NCBI GenBank assembly: GCA_963792065.1
Contig: CAWBUU010000001.1
Coordinates: forward strand, 1,628,039-1,692,038
Reading direction: 5' to 3'
Length of the DNA: 64,000 nucleotides
Source of the DNA: Terriglobia bacterium
GTDB lineage: Bacteria; Acidobacteriota; Terriglobia; Bryobacterales; Bryobacteraceae
Under the pieces are notes generated by a model. It ran no database searches. It was not told where the DNA came from and saw only the letters and a program-made list of their open reading frames with translations. Numbering within the stretch: position 1 is the first letter of the stretch; every line of letters starts with the position of its first letter. Shown one piece after another: positions 14,049 through 25,866 of the stretch. The translations under genes were made by a program, and so were the position numbers.

Positions 14049-14818
14049 TCCCTCCGGACCCATCCAGCGAGCCGCAACCGCATCTGAGCGACGCGCCGAA
14101 CCGCACGCACCGCCCGAATCCAGCCGCCGCCCAAGCGCCGCACCCGAACCGTTCTGGGATTACCAGGATCTCTGCTGTTCTTCTCGCTTTCGCGTTCCTT
14201 CGCTGCTGGTCACTGCGCTGGTGGTCGAACAGTCATCCCTGCGCTGCAGCCTTCGGCCGGCCGTTCGAAGGCCTGCTGGCGCAGCTCATCTGGTAGGTCT
14301 GGTGTTCGGCGGTTCTGTACGTGCTGCTGCGGACTCGCTACGGGCAGCCGTTCTGGCGATCGCTGGGCTGGAAGTTTCCGTTCCGCGGCATGGCGATGGT
14401 CTTGTTCGGCGGTCCGCTGCTCGCCATCGCGGTCGGCTATCTGGGCTACCTGCTGCGAACGCCGGACATCGAAGTGCCCTTCCAGCAGATGCTGGACAAT
14501 CGCCCGACCCTGCTGCTGTTGCATTTTCGTCGTGATCCTCGGGCCGCTGTGCGAAGAACTGGCGTTTCGCGGATTCATGATGCCGCTGCTGATGCGCTCG
14601 TTTGGCGCCGCCGCCGGGATCGTCGGCACCGGCGTGCTGTTCGGCATGCCTGCACGCGCCCGAATACGCGTGGTCCTGGCGGCACGTGCTGCTGATCACC
14701 GCGGCGGGCAGCGTCTTCGGCTGGGTGCGCTACAAGACCGGCTCGACGGCGGCCGCCGCGTTCATGCACGCCGGCTTACAATCTGACGCAGTTGGCGGCG
14801 TTCCTCGCGCAATCATAG
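14045..14818 (+). CDS. CPBP (CAAX) family intramembrane metalloprotease, frame-disrupted
   Basis: ATGA overlap with the previous gene at 14045. GPLCEELAFRGFMMPLL (the EExxxR motif) in ORF 14532..14786. AAFMHAGYNL near the C-terminus by my translation. Confidence 0.6.
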
Positions 14819-14827
14819 AACGAGATC

Positions 14828-15845
<1,018 letters not shown>

Positions 15846-15850
15846 AATTT

Positions 15851-16372
15851 ATGATCCGCCGTGCTGTCTTGTCTGGTTTTCCTGTATCGCGAGCCGTCCT
15901 GTCGGCTTCCGGCGAGCTCTCCAACCGCCGCGCGCCGGGCTTCGCGCTTCCCAGTCCCGACTACTCGCACTTTTACGATTTGCAGGATTATCGCGGCAAG
16001 GTGCTGCTCATCGACATCATGTCCACCACCTGCCCGCACTGCCTGCTGCTCACCACCACGCTCGAAAAGGTGAAGCAGAAATACGGCGACAAGGTGGCGA
16101 TTCTGTCGGTAGTGCTTCCGCCCGACAATCAGGACACCGTGGCGAAATACAAGAGCGTCAATCACGTCACCGTGCCCATCGTCTGCGACCAGGGCCAGAT
16201 GACCATCTCCTACATGAACGCCGGCCCGGCATGAGCCACATCGACGTGCCGCACCTGTTCCTCATCGACAAGCAGGGCATGATCCGCAACGACTTCTCCT
16301 ACTCGGAGCAAGGACAAGGGCGTGTTCGAAGGGCCGGGCCTGTATCCGGAGATCGACAAGCTCCTGAAGTAG
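15851..16372 (+). CDS. TlpA/redoxin-family thiol-disulfide oxidoreductase, one frame break near 16230
   Basis: [40 protein letters not shown] (a CxxC motif). After the frame switch: [16 protein letters not shown]. Confidence 0.65.
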
Positions 16373-16533
16373 CAGCCTCTGAAAAAATGGCCGAAAGATA
16401 ACTGGTCCGCCGCGCGCCAAAGCGCTATACGTGGAATGGTGTCCCAAAAGATGACTGCGATGCCCGCGCGAGCATGTTCCGTGTTTGGTGATATGCTTCC
16501 CTGTTTGAAGCACAAAAGGAAGGTGCCGGCCCG

Positions 16534-16989
16534 GTGTTCCTAGCATTCGATCCCTCGACGCAATCCGCTGAACAACAACGAATGGTCGTTTCCGTTGTTC
16601 GAGTGTATCCACATCTCCATGTTCGCGATGTCGATCGGGACCATCGCGATGGTGGACCTGCGCATGCTCGGCGTGGGCTTCAAGCATCAGACGCCCGAGC
16701 AGTTGCAGAAGGACATTTCGATCTGGACCCTGGTGGGCCTCATCATCGTGATCACGTCGGGCTTCGTGATCTGGACCACCGATCCTCTGCGCTACTACTA
16801 CAACTGGTCGTTCCGCTACAAGATCATTGCGCTGGTGGCGGCGCATCATCTACCACTACACGATTCATCGCAAGGTGGTGGCGTCACCACGCTTCGAAGA
16901 CGGCCGTAGGAAAGCGGCTGGTGGCGACGTTCTCGCTGCTGCTGTGGATCTCCATCGTTTTTGCAGGGCTGTTTTATGCATTCACTTAA
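16534..16989 (+). CDS. Integral membrane protein (possibly DUF6644-like), frame-disrupted
   Basis: Hydrophobic segments FECIHISMFAMSIGTIAMVDLRMLG, IWTLVGLIIVITSGFVIW and LVATFSLLLWISIVFAGLFYAF, spread over three frames. Confidence 0.45.
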   Translation: MFLAFDPSTQSAEQQRMVVSVVRVYPHLHVRDVDRDHRDGGPAHARRGLQASDARAVAEGHFDLDPGGPHHRDHVGLRDLDHRSSALLLQLVVPLQDHCAGGGASSTTTRFIARWWRHHASKTAVGKRLVATFSLLLWISIVFAGLFYAFT

Positions 16990-17012
16990 GACCAAATTGC
17001 AGGAAGGCGAAA

Positions 17013-17568
17013 ATGTCTGCTGTCGGCCAGTTTAGCCGATGGGTTGCGGGTACGAGCTTCTTCACGGCGCTGCGTGAATCGGGGCTGCCTTACCCGATCG
17101 TCATGTCGCTGCATCTGACCTCGATCGCGGTGTTCGGCGGGCTGATTCTGATGACGGATCTGCGGCTGCTCGGGTCTGGCGCTGCAAGGACATATCGGTG
17201 ACCGACATGGTGCGGCAGACGCGGCTGTGGAAGCGGATCGGCTTCGTCATTATGATCACGATGGGCGTTCTGCTGGGCGGAGCCAAGCTCGAACACCTAC
17301 TACAACAATCCCTACTTTCAGATCAAGCTGACTCTGCTCGCGCTGGTAGGGCGTGCACGCGCTCGTTTTTCATCGCAGCGTGTACGCCAACACCGAGGCG
17401 ATCGACCGCGCTCCGGCAATCCCCGGCGTGGCGAAAGCTGCCGCGGTGCTGTCGCTGGTTCTGTGGATGGGGATTCTCTCGATGGGCCGTTGGATCGCCT
17501 ACTATGAGCGGCCCAATCAGTACCCGCACGTTGCTACGCCGGTGGAACTGCCGCCCGCTCCGCACTAG
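17013..17568 (+). CDS. Integral membrane protein, tandem paralogue of the previous gene, frame-disrupted
   Basis: MSLHLTSIAVFGGLILMTDLRLLG parallels the xHxxSxAxxxGxIxMxDLRxLG segment of 16534..16989. The C-terminal part is ORF 17353..17568. Confidence 0.45.
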
Positions 17569-18388
17569 TAGTCACGCTCGATCTGTGTGCGCGGCTCGAG
17601 GCCGCAGGCACGGGCCGCACATTGCGCTGAACCTGCATGGCCAGGACCAGGCTGGCGGCCAGCGTCAAAGATCCCACCACAACGTGCGACGCGGTGACAA
17701 TCACCAGCGCCGCCGAATTGCCTAATTCCAGCAGTTGCATGGTGAACGCCGTCACGCCCAGCACCACCTGCGTCAGCACGATCGACATCATCCAAACCGC
17801 GGCGGAGCGAAGCTCCCGATGCTTGGGGTACTGCTGCATCGCCAGCATCGCCGCCACCAGGGTCGCCAGCGAACGATCATCGCGCCGCCCAGGTGCGGCA
17901 TCACGCCGATCACTCTGTGACGGTACGCCGCACCGAGCACGATTTGTAGCAGCACCAGCGAGGAGCGCCGAAAGCGCCAGAGGCCGGAGCAGCGGCGCGG
18001 CCCGGTCGTCCACCAGTTCCGGCCCGCCGTTCCAACTCGGCGACGTGACGACCACGATCGCCACCAGCGCCGCGAAGGCCACCGGCGCCAGGCTGGCGTG
18101 CAGTACCGGTCGTCCCAGCAGCCCTAACCAGCCGTCAAAAACATAAAGCCCCAAAGCTGTATAACCGAGATTTGTTCGCTCCTTCGCGAGCCATTGCCAA
18201 ACCATCAGCACCAGCGCCAGGAAACCCACGACGATCGCCGCGAACCGGTGGACGGGTGCGTGGAGTACGTTCCCCGCCGCCGGCTGCGAAACAAGGGCTT
18301 CGCTGGTGACGTAAGCGCCGAGTGCGATCACGATCAGAGTGCCGATCGCAACCAGCACGACATACTGACGCAATTCCGAACTCACCAT
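17534..18388 (-). CDS. Polytopic membrane protein, possibly COX15/CtaA (heme A synthase) family
   Basis: 284 aa ORF with multiple TM helices and His-containing helices (VHRFAAIVVGF, HASLAPVAF, SHVVVGSLTLA). Family assignment is tentative. The middle of the ORF looks garbled by compensating indels. Confidence 0.35.
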   Translation of the reverse strand: MVSSELRQYVVLVAIGTLIVIALGAYVTSEALVSQPAAGNVLHAPVHRFAAIVVGFLALVLMVWQWLAKERTNLGYTALGLYVFDGWLGLLGRPVLHASLAPVAFAALVAIVVVTSPSWNGGPELVDDRAAPLLRPLALSALLAGAATNRARCGVPSQSDRRDAAPGRRDDRSLATLVAAMLAMQQYPKHRELRSAAVWMMSIVLTQVVLGVTAFTMQLLELGNSAALVIVTASHVVVGSLTLAASLVLAMQVQRNVRPVPAASSRAHRSSVTTSAERAAVPPA

Positions 18389-18627
18389 GTTCCTCGGCCA
18401 AGATTTGCATGGGGCATTACACCCAAATTGGGGGCCGCAAGCACGCTTCGACAGGCTGCCGAGTTGGCGGCCTCCGTTTTGTCATGTTTATCGACTGGTT
18501 GCAATGCCGGCGTCCAAAGGCAAGCGAATAAGATTCTAGCACGCGACAAGCGAGAAACCACGCGATTTCACTGACTCTCCCTGCCGATGGCCTGCGGATT
18601 GCTGAGTGGAGGTCACTGGCTCGACCG

Positions 18628-19721
18628 ATGCAGGATGCTAGCTCCCCACCGGGCACCCCCCGAACCACCGAGCGCTCTCAAGATCCTTCCTTAGATCCTT
18701 CCTTTCCCGCATCGTCCCGTCTTCTGGCCGAACTCATCGATCTCGCCGAAGACGCCATCATCTCCGTCGCCGCCGACCAGCGCATCTTCTGTTCAACCAG
18801 GGCGCCGAGCGCGTCTTCGGCTATAGCGCTGCGGCCGAAGTGCTCGGCAAACCCGCTCGAGATTCTGCTGCCGGAGCACATGGCGGCGCGCCATCGCGAG
18901 CAGGTCTCCGATTTCGCGAATTCGCCGCATGCCGTCCCGCCCCATGCGGGAACGGCAGCAGATCCGGGGCCGGCGCAAGGACGGAACCGAATTTCCCGCC
19001 GAGGCTTCCATCTCCAAAGTAGATTCCGGCGGCCAGACTCTGCTGACCGTCATCCTGCGCGATATCACGGAACGAGTAGCCGCCGAACAAAAACTCCAGG
19101 AATCGCTCCGGGAAAAAGAAGCCCTGCTGCGCGAGATTCACCATCGCGTCAAGAACAACCTGCAAGTTATGTCGAGCCTGCTGGGGCTGCAGTCGCGTAC
19201 CATTGCCAAGGAAGAAACACGCCGGGCTTTCGAGGACAGCCAGGACCGGATTCGCTCCATGGCGCTGCTGCACGAAATGTTGTGCCGAGTCTGGCAATCT
19301 GGCGCAGCATCGATCTGGCCGAATACGCCCGCGAACTAGTGCACCATCTGCTCCGTATCTATGGAGTCGACGCGAAACGCATCCGTCTGTCAACGCATCT
19401 CGACCCGGTGTCGTCTCGACCAGGATGCGCGGTTCCCTTCGGTCTGATTCTCAACGAACTGGTGTCCAACACGTCTGCGGCATGGTTTTCCGGATGGCCG
19501 CTGGCGGCGAAATCCGAATCGAACTGCAGGAGCAGCCTGACCATCAGGTCACGTTGACCGTCGAGGATAACGGCGTTGGAATCGAGAGCGAACCGGGCTG
19601 GCAGGAGCCTGGCTCACTGGGCTTTCGGCTGGTCAGGATGCTGGCCGAACAACTCGGAGGCAAACTGGAAATGCGGCCCCGCGATCCCACGCGAGTTTCA
19701 GCTCATTTCGTCGCTCGCTGA
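18628..19721 (+). CDS. PAS-domain sensor histidine kinase (HisKA_2/HWE-type H-box), frame-disrupted
   Basis: PAS: [20 protein letters not shown]-box: [23 protein letters not shown] (18929..19339). ATPase: [10 protein letters not shown] and [17 protein letters not shown] (19203..19721). Confidence 0.75.
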
Positions 19722-19907
19722 GACTCCGACGCGCAAAGTCTATGCGCACCCAACTCAGTTGGGTGCGTTTACACACTCACCCCTTGCTCCGTGCGATTGA
19801 CGGCGCACGGACTTAGCCCGCGCAAATCCTGGCCTCTAAGTTGCAACGACCAGCCAAGTTCACCAAGCGATCTGGAAAACGGGATATCTTCCCGCCAGGA
19901 GGCAGAG

Positions 19908-21232
19908 ATGTTCCGGTTTTTTACCGCGGGTTGCGCGATCGGAGCGGTCGCGCTCGCCGCCGACGCGCCCGTCCGGTCACAGTCACGTTCGCCAAGGACG
20001 TTTCCAGAATCTTCCAGCAGAAATGCAACGAGTGCCACCGGCCGGGAACCGCGGCGCCGATGTCGCTCGAAACCTACGCCGCCGTGCGGCCCTGGGCGCG
20101 CTCCATCAAGCAGCGCGTCATCTTGCGGCAGATGCCGCCGTGGTCCATCGACAAGTCGGTCGGAATCCAGAAGTTTTCAAACGACCGGTCGCTCACCGAC
20201 GAAGAGCTCAGCACCATCGTGCGCTGGATCGACTCGGGTTCCCCGCTCGGCGACCCCAAGGATCTGCCTCCGCCGCAACAGTGGCCCAGCGATCAAGGCT
20301 GGCAATTGGCGAAGCAATTCGGCCAGCCCGACTTCGTGCTCAAGTCCGACCCCTACACCATGCCGGCGCGTCGCAGGATCAGTGGTGGAAGCCGGTGGCG
20401 ATATTCCCGTGACCGAAGCCTCGCTGGGTGCGCGCCGTCGAAATGCGGCCGGGCACGACGCAGGGCCGCAAGATCACGCATCACGCCTCGTGCATCTGGT
20501 GCAGAACGATCCGGAAGCCGAACGCCTGGGCGGCGACGATGCCACGGCCAATCAGGGCGGCGTCCTGATGGAGTGGGCCGTTGGCAAGAATTTCGATGTC
20601 TATCGCGAAAACACCGGCAAGCTTCTGCTGCCCGGCTCGCACCGTTTGGTGGGACATCCACTATCATGCCGTCGGCGAGGAGATCCGCGATCACGTCGAG
20701 CTCGGCGTGTGGCTTTATCCGAAAGGCCAGGAGCCGAAGTATCGCACTTACCTGACCGCGTTCAACGCCACCAACACAGACGGCGCCGCGCTCGACATCG
20801 CGCCCAACTCGATCACCGTCACCCAGCGTTTCCACCATCCTGAAACAAGCGGCGCGCCTCGAAAATTTCCAGCCGCACATGCACCTGCGCGGCAAGGCGA
20901 TGCTGCTCGAAGCGATTTTGCCGGACGGCACCAGGCAGACCATCAGCTACGTCAGCAATTTCGACTTCAACTGGATGACCAACTACATCTATGCCGACGA
21001 TGCCGCGCCGGTGCTGCCCAAGGGCACCATCATCAACGTCACGGCGTGGCACGACAACACGACTGCGAATCGCGGCAACCCGGATCCGGAACAGTGGGTC
21101 GGCTGGGGCGACCGCACCGTCGACGAAATGGCGCACGCCTGGGTCAACGTCACTTATATTTCCGACGACGACTACAAGGCCTGGGCCGCTGAGCACAAGA
21201 CGCAACGCGCCAGGTACCGGAGTCCGGAATAG
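19908..21232 (+). CDS. Secreted CxxCH-motif protein with a C-terminal domain resembling copper type II ascorbate-dependent monooxygenase, frame-disrupted
   Basis: AGGAGG at 19897 and ATG at 19908, with signal MFRFFTAGCAIGAVALAA. FQQKCNECHRPG (19841..20755). HMHLRGKAMLLEA and WHDNTTANRGNPDP (20879..21232). Confidence 0.55.
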
Positions 21233-21395
21233 GACTTGGCATGCTGCGACTCGGCACAACAGGCTTCGGTCAGGCGACTCCCGTCGCCGTCGACCAACCT
21301 CACTGGAACCCGCCTCCTCCGGCCGCTTTCGCCGGAAGGCCGGCCACGAACGCTTCGTTCAGCAATCCTGACGAATACGTATTCACGCGTAGTGG

Positions 21396-21881
21396 CTAAC
21401 CATTTCGCGCGACGGCGGCCGGGGGTTCCAGTGCCCTTAGTTTCGAGCCTGCCGAGCTGCGCCGTCTAACATCACAGTCAGAGACCGCGTCCAGCAGTTC
21501 CATCCAGGCCGACTTCGTTTCGCGATCGAACTCCACGCTCAGAGCCTGACCCATCGCCCACACCAGCGCCGAACACAGCACCTTGTAGTGCTCCGGCTGC
21601 GCGCCGTATCCGACATGCCGCCGGCCCAAGTCTTCCAGCCGCGGGCGCAGCGCTTCGAAGTGATCCACGGCGTCTACCACCAGCCCGAGGGTATCCATCA
21701 GCTTGCGCGCCTGTTCGCGGATGTCGATCTTGAACAGCGCGCGAACCTCGGGCGACAGTTCAAACAGGCGTCCGTAGAACAGCAGCACCACCGACACCTC
21801 GTATTCCCGAATGGCTTCGAAGCTTTCGCGCACCAGCCGCTGTTGGGCCGGCGTTAGGCTAAGTTGTCGTGTCGAACTCAA
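21396..21881 (-). CDS. Single-domain globin (globin-1), last gene of the sigma / STK-3 operon
   Basis: LTPAQQRLVRESFEAI, VLLFYGRLFELSPEVRALF (Tyr B10), REQARKLMDTL (Gln E7), LEDLGRRHVGYGAQPEHY (His F8). The candidate TTG start at 21881 overlaps the STK-3 stop (TTGA), with AGGAAGGA upstream. Confidence 0.75.
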   Translation of the reverse strand: MSSTRQLSLTPAQQRLVRESFEAIREYEVSVVLLFYGRLFELSPEVRALFKIDIREQARKLMDTLGLVVDAVDHFEALRPRLEDLGRRHVGYGAQPEHYKVLCSALVWAMGQALSVEFDRETKSAWMELLDAVSDCDVRRRSSAGSKLRALEPPAAVARNG

Positions 21882-24688
21882 GGTGTCCTTCCTGTCGCCG
21901 GAAGCGAGGCCAGAGCAGCCGTCGCCGCTTCCATCTCCCGGCGCTGCGGCGCGAGAAATTCCTTGGACTGCTCGATCTTGTGCCAGTCGGCGATCGCCCG
22001 GCCGTACCACATGCGAGCCGCTTCCAGATCCTGCTCGCGTTGAACGCCGCTCCCTGCCGACGCCAGCCGCGCATAGACGCCACCGGCCGCTTGCCAGGTC
22101 CGCCCGATCAAACCGCGCATGCTAGTGGATTGCGCCGCCGCGGATCGATCGGCTTGCTCGGCGAACTTGAGAATCTTGTCGAGCGTTGCCAGCGCCTGCG
22201 CGCGCGCCCCGCTGCGAGCCTGCCGCTCGGCCAGCCCGGAACACGCCGCCACCAGCCAGCGCAGCGTCGATGTGTCCATGGGCCGGATTGCAAGCACGGA
22301 ATCCGATGTTGCGATCGCCATCTGGTAATAACGCACCGCCGAAGCCGCGTCGCCCGACGCGTCGTACTCGCGCCCCAGCTCCACCTCGGTCCAGGCCTTG
22401 TGCATCCCGTTGACCGTGCTCTTCGGGTTTCGGAGCGCGGCCTCGTTCAGCTTCTGATGAGCGCTGTCGAGAATCGCGCGTTTCTCGGTCCCCGAAACGG
22501 TGACGATGCCCTGACGCAGTTGCGCGATGCCGTAATCGCTGAGCGCGCGAAAGTCGCTGTGATCGGCATCATAGAGCGATTGTGCGATCGCTACCATCTT
22601 GCCGTAGGACTCCAGCGCTCCGGCCGCAGTCCCCGGCGTTGTCGTACGCCGGATTCCCCAGCGTGTCGCCGATGTGGCTGTACGCCAGCATCAGCTCATG
22701 CCGTACGTGCGTGTCGTTGGGATAGCGCTGCTGCATCCATTCCAGCTCCGAGGCGCCGGCCCGAAAACTGGCCAGCGCCTCGTCCCGTTGTCCCAAAGCA
22801 GCCTGGACGGAACCAAGCCGGGCGCTCGACGAAGCGATGTTGGAATGCGGCTCGCGATCGTTCGGCCGCGCGGCCACAATGCGCCGGAGCAGCGGCAGCG
22901 CCGTGTTGATCTGGGCGCTGGCCGTATCCAGATCGCCCCGCTGCTGGGACATGCGCGCCAGGTCGAGGTTGAATACTGCATTGTACTGCGCGATATCCAA
23001 GTCTTCCGGTTTGGCGGCCAGCATGGTCTGAGCGAATTTCAATCCATCTTCGGCCGACTGGCGGGCCTCCGCGACCTTGCCGACGTTCAGTTGCACCTCC
23101 TCGCTGCGAAAGTACACGGTCATGCGGTCCAAATGCGCCTGCCGGTCCGCAGGTTCATGCGACAACACGTCATCCAGTAGCGCCGACGCCTTGCGGTAGC
23201 TGGCCAAGCCCGCTTCAGGATCGCCGAGATTCGGGCCATTTCCACCCTGGACCTCGCCGAGCCGTATGTAGGCTGCAGCCAGCTCGCGTTTCAATTCCCA
23301 ATCGCGGCCCGAGCTGCGAGACAGGTTGTCCAGATAGTCGCGGCCGGTTCGCGCGATCAACTGCCGCACCGGAATGGATCCCGGCAAGTCTCGCACTGCT
23401 GCCTCGACATCGAAAACGAAGATGGTTGCCAGCTTCCGGACTTGCCCGAAGCGATCCTGCGCGATGCTCGCCTCGCGCTGCAACAGCGCCACGCCAACGG
23501 CCGCCGCCACTGCAACGACGAGCGATCCCGCCACAGCGATGCGATTCCGGCGGACAAACTTCCCGACGCGGTACGCCAGCGAATCCGGGCGCGCGACCAC
23601 AGGCCGATGCGCCAGGTAGCGGCGCAAATCGTCGGCGAAGTGTTCCACCGATGCATACCGCCGCTCCGGCTCCTTTTGCATCGCACGGAGGATGATGTTG
23701 TCGAGATCGCCGGCCAGGCGCTTTTTGAGCGCGCGGTCACCGCGCCGCCTGGCTGGGCGTGACCACCGCATCCAGACAGATGGCGCGCTCCAGCGCCAGC
23801 GGTGTGCACTGATCGATGCGATGGGGACGCACGCCGGTGAGCAGCTCGTACAGCACCGCGCCCAACGAGTACACATCGGACGCAATCATGACCGGCTCGC
23901 CTAGAATCTGTTCTGGGCTGGCGTAGTCGGGCGTCATCATTCCGACGCCTTGCGTGTCCGCCGGATCGGCGCTGCTCCGAGCGCAGCAGCTTCGACACGC
24001 CGAAATCCAGCAGCTTCGCCGCGCCGCGCTTGTCGATCATGATGTTGCCGGGCTTCAGATCGCGATGCACGATGAAGTTGCGATGCGCGTACTCCACCGC
24101 GTCGCAAACCGGCAGGAACAACCGCAGCCGTGCTTCGATGCCGAGCTGCTGCTCTTTCGCATACGTGGTGATCCAGGAGCCCTCGATGTACTCCATCACC
24201 AGGTAAGGGATTCCGTCCTCGGTGGTTCCGCCGTCGAACAGGCGCGCGATGTTGGGGTGCTGCAGATGCGCCAGGATCTGCCGCTCGCGGCGGAAACGCC
24301 GCAGGATGAAATCCGTGTCGAGGCCCGGCCGCACCAGCTTGATCGCGACTTTGGATTCGTACTGCTCATCGGCGCGCGCGGCCAGATACACCGCGCCCAT
24401 CCCGCCGCGGCCGAGTTCCTGAATCAGCTTGTAAGGGCCGACTGGCCGCCCGATCATGGTTCGCGGCTTGGGAGTTTCCTCGTGCAGTTCCAGCACGGCC
24501 TGCTCGACACTGGCGCCGACGAATCCGTGCGCCTCGGTGCGGTCGCTCGCCAGCAGCGATTCCACCTCGGCGCGCAGCTCGGTGTCGCCGGTGCACGCTT
24601 CATCCAACCACGCCTCTCGCTCGGCGGCCGGACGATCCAGCGCGTGATGGAACAGCTCCTCAACCTTGCGCCAGCGTTGTGGATCCAT
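21878..24688 (-). CDS. Membrane Ser/Thr protein kinase with a large TPR-like helical C-terminal domain (STK-3), frame-disrupted
   Basis: MDPQRWRKVEELFHHALD, LGRGGMGAVYLA, IVHRDLKPGNIMI and LLDFGVSKL (23357..25177). DYASPEQ and SDVYSLGAVLYELLTG (23737..23940). TM helix IAVAGSLVVAVAAAVGVALL followed by helical repeats (22569..23885, 21878..22597). Confidence 0.8.
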
Positions 24689-24696
24689 ACCGGCCG

Positions 24697-25305
24697 TCAG
24701 GTGGCGGGCTGCTGGCCCTCGGTGCGCGACACTTCGCGATGCAGCCACGCTTCCGCCATTCTCTGCTCGCGGCCCACCGTCGCTACCGAAATGCCCAAGG
24801 CCTGGCCGGTTTCCTCGACACTGAATCCGCCGAAGAAACGCAGCTCGATCACTTTGGCTTTGCGTGGATCGATTTCGGCCAGCGCGTTCAGCGCATCGTC
24901 CAGCGCTTCGATGTCGCGCCCGCGGCCCGGAGCAAAGCTCACCGCTTCTTCGATCGAGACCTTCTCGGCGCCGCTGCCTCGTTTCGCGCTGCGCCGCTTG
25001 CGCGCGTGATCCACCAGGATCTGGCGCATCAAGTGCGCCGCAACGCCGAAGAAATGCGAACGGCTTTCCCAATCCGGAAGATTCTGCGCCACCAGGCCGA
25101 AGATACGCTTCGTGAACCAACGCTGTCGGCTGCAGCGTGGCTGCGGCCCGCTCGTCGCGCAGGTAGTGGTCTGCCAAGCCGCCGCAGCTCGTTGTAAACC
25201 AGCGGCGTCAGCAGATCGAGAGCTTCCTTGTTGCCGCTTCTTCCACTCGATGAGCAGACGGGTGACGGGTTCCTGAAGCGAATCCCCGGAAGGCTGCATT
25301 AACAC
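24697..25305 (-). CDS. ECF-type sigma factor (TIGR02999-like), frame-disrupted near 25150-25210
   Basis: VTRLLIEWKK. Then LVHEAYLR in another frame (seen in ORF 23357..25177). Then HLMRQILVDHARKRRSAKRG and VIELRFFGGFSVEETGQALGISVATVGREQRMAEAWL. Confidence 0.8.
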   Translation of the reverse strand: MLMQPSGDSLQEPVTRLLIEWKKRQQGSSRSADAAGLQRAAAAWQTTTCATSGPQPRCSRQRWFTKRIFGLVAQNLPDWESRSHFFGVAAHLMRQILVDHARKRRSAKRGSGAEKVSIEEAVSFAPGRGRDIEALDDALNALAEIDPRKAKVIELRFFGGFSVEETGQALGISVATVGREQRMAEAWLHREVSRTEGQQPAT

Positions 25306-25351
25306 TCATACTATCTTGTTCTTTTCACGGGCGCTAACCAGCGGCGAAATC

Positions 25352-25394
25352 GATCACGGCGCCGCGAAAAATCTTTTTTTCCCGCGGCGTGATC
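25352..25394. promoter_or_regulatory. Imperfect inverted repeat around an A/T-rich centre in the sigma / globin-2 divergent intergenic region
   Basis: gatcacggcgccgcg (25352-25366), then aaaaatctttttttcc, then cgcggcgtgatc (25383-25394). Located between the sigma start (25305) and the globin-2 start (25442). Confidence 0.3.
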
Positions 25395-25441
25395 GGTTCC
25401 GTCAGGTTTCCGCGCTCTATTGGGTGAACGAGGATCAGACC

Positions 25442-25864
25442 ATGACATCGCAACAAATCGCACTGGTGCAGTCCAGCTACAAAATCATTGAACCCGTCGC
25501 CGCCGATGTGGCGCGGAACTTCTACAGCCGTCTGTTTGAAATCGATCCCTCTTTGCGCGCCATGTTCCGCGGCGACATGGACGAGCAGGGCCGCAAGCTG
25601 ATGCAGATGATCGGCTACGCCGTGGGCGCGCTGCGGCACATCGATCGAATCGTTCCCGCTGTGGAGGACCTCGGCCGCCGGCACGCCGGCTACGGCGTCA
25701 CAGACGACCACTATACGAAGGTCGCCGCCGCGCTGCTCTGGACCCTGACCAAGTGCCTCGGCCCCGCGTTCACCGCTGAAATGTGCGAAGCCTGGATCGC
25801 GGTGTATGGCGCCTTGACCGTGGCGATGAAGCGCGGCGCTGCCTCGGTGGCCACCGCGGCGTAG
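25442..25864 (+). CDS. Single-domain globin (globin-2), divergent from the ECF sigma gene
   Basis: MTSQQIALVQSSYKII, NFYSRLFEIDPSLRAMF (Tyr B10), DEQGRKLMQMI (Gln E7), VEDLGRRHAGYGVTDDHY (His F8). Intact 140 aa. Confidence 0.85.
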   Translation: MTSQQIALVQSSYKIIEPVAADVARNFYSRLFEIDPSLRAMFRGDMDEQGRKLMQMIGYAVGALRHIDRIVPAVEDLGRRHAGYGVTDDHYTKVAAALLWTLTKCLGPAFTAEMCEAWIAVYGALTVAMKRGAASVATAA

Positions 25865-25866
25865 AG

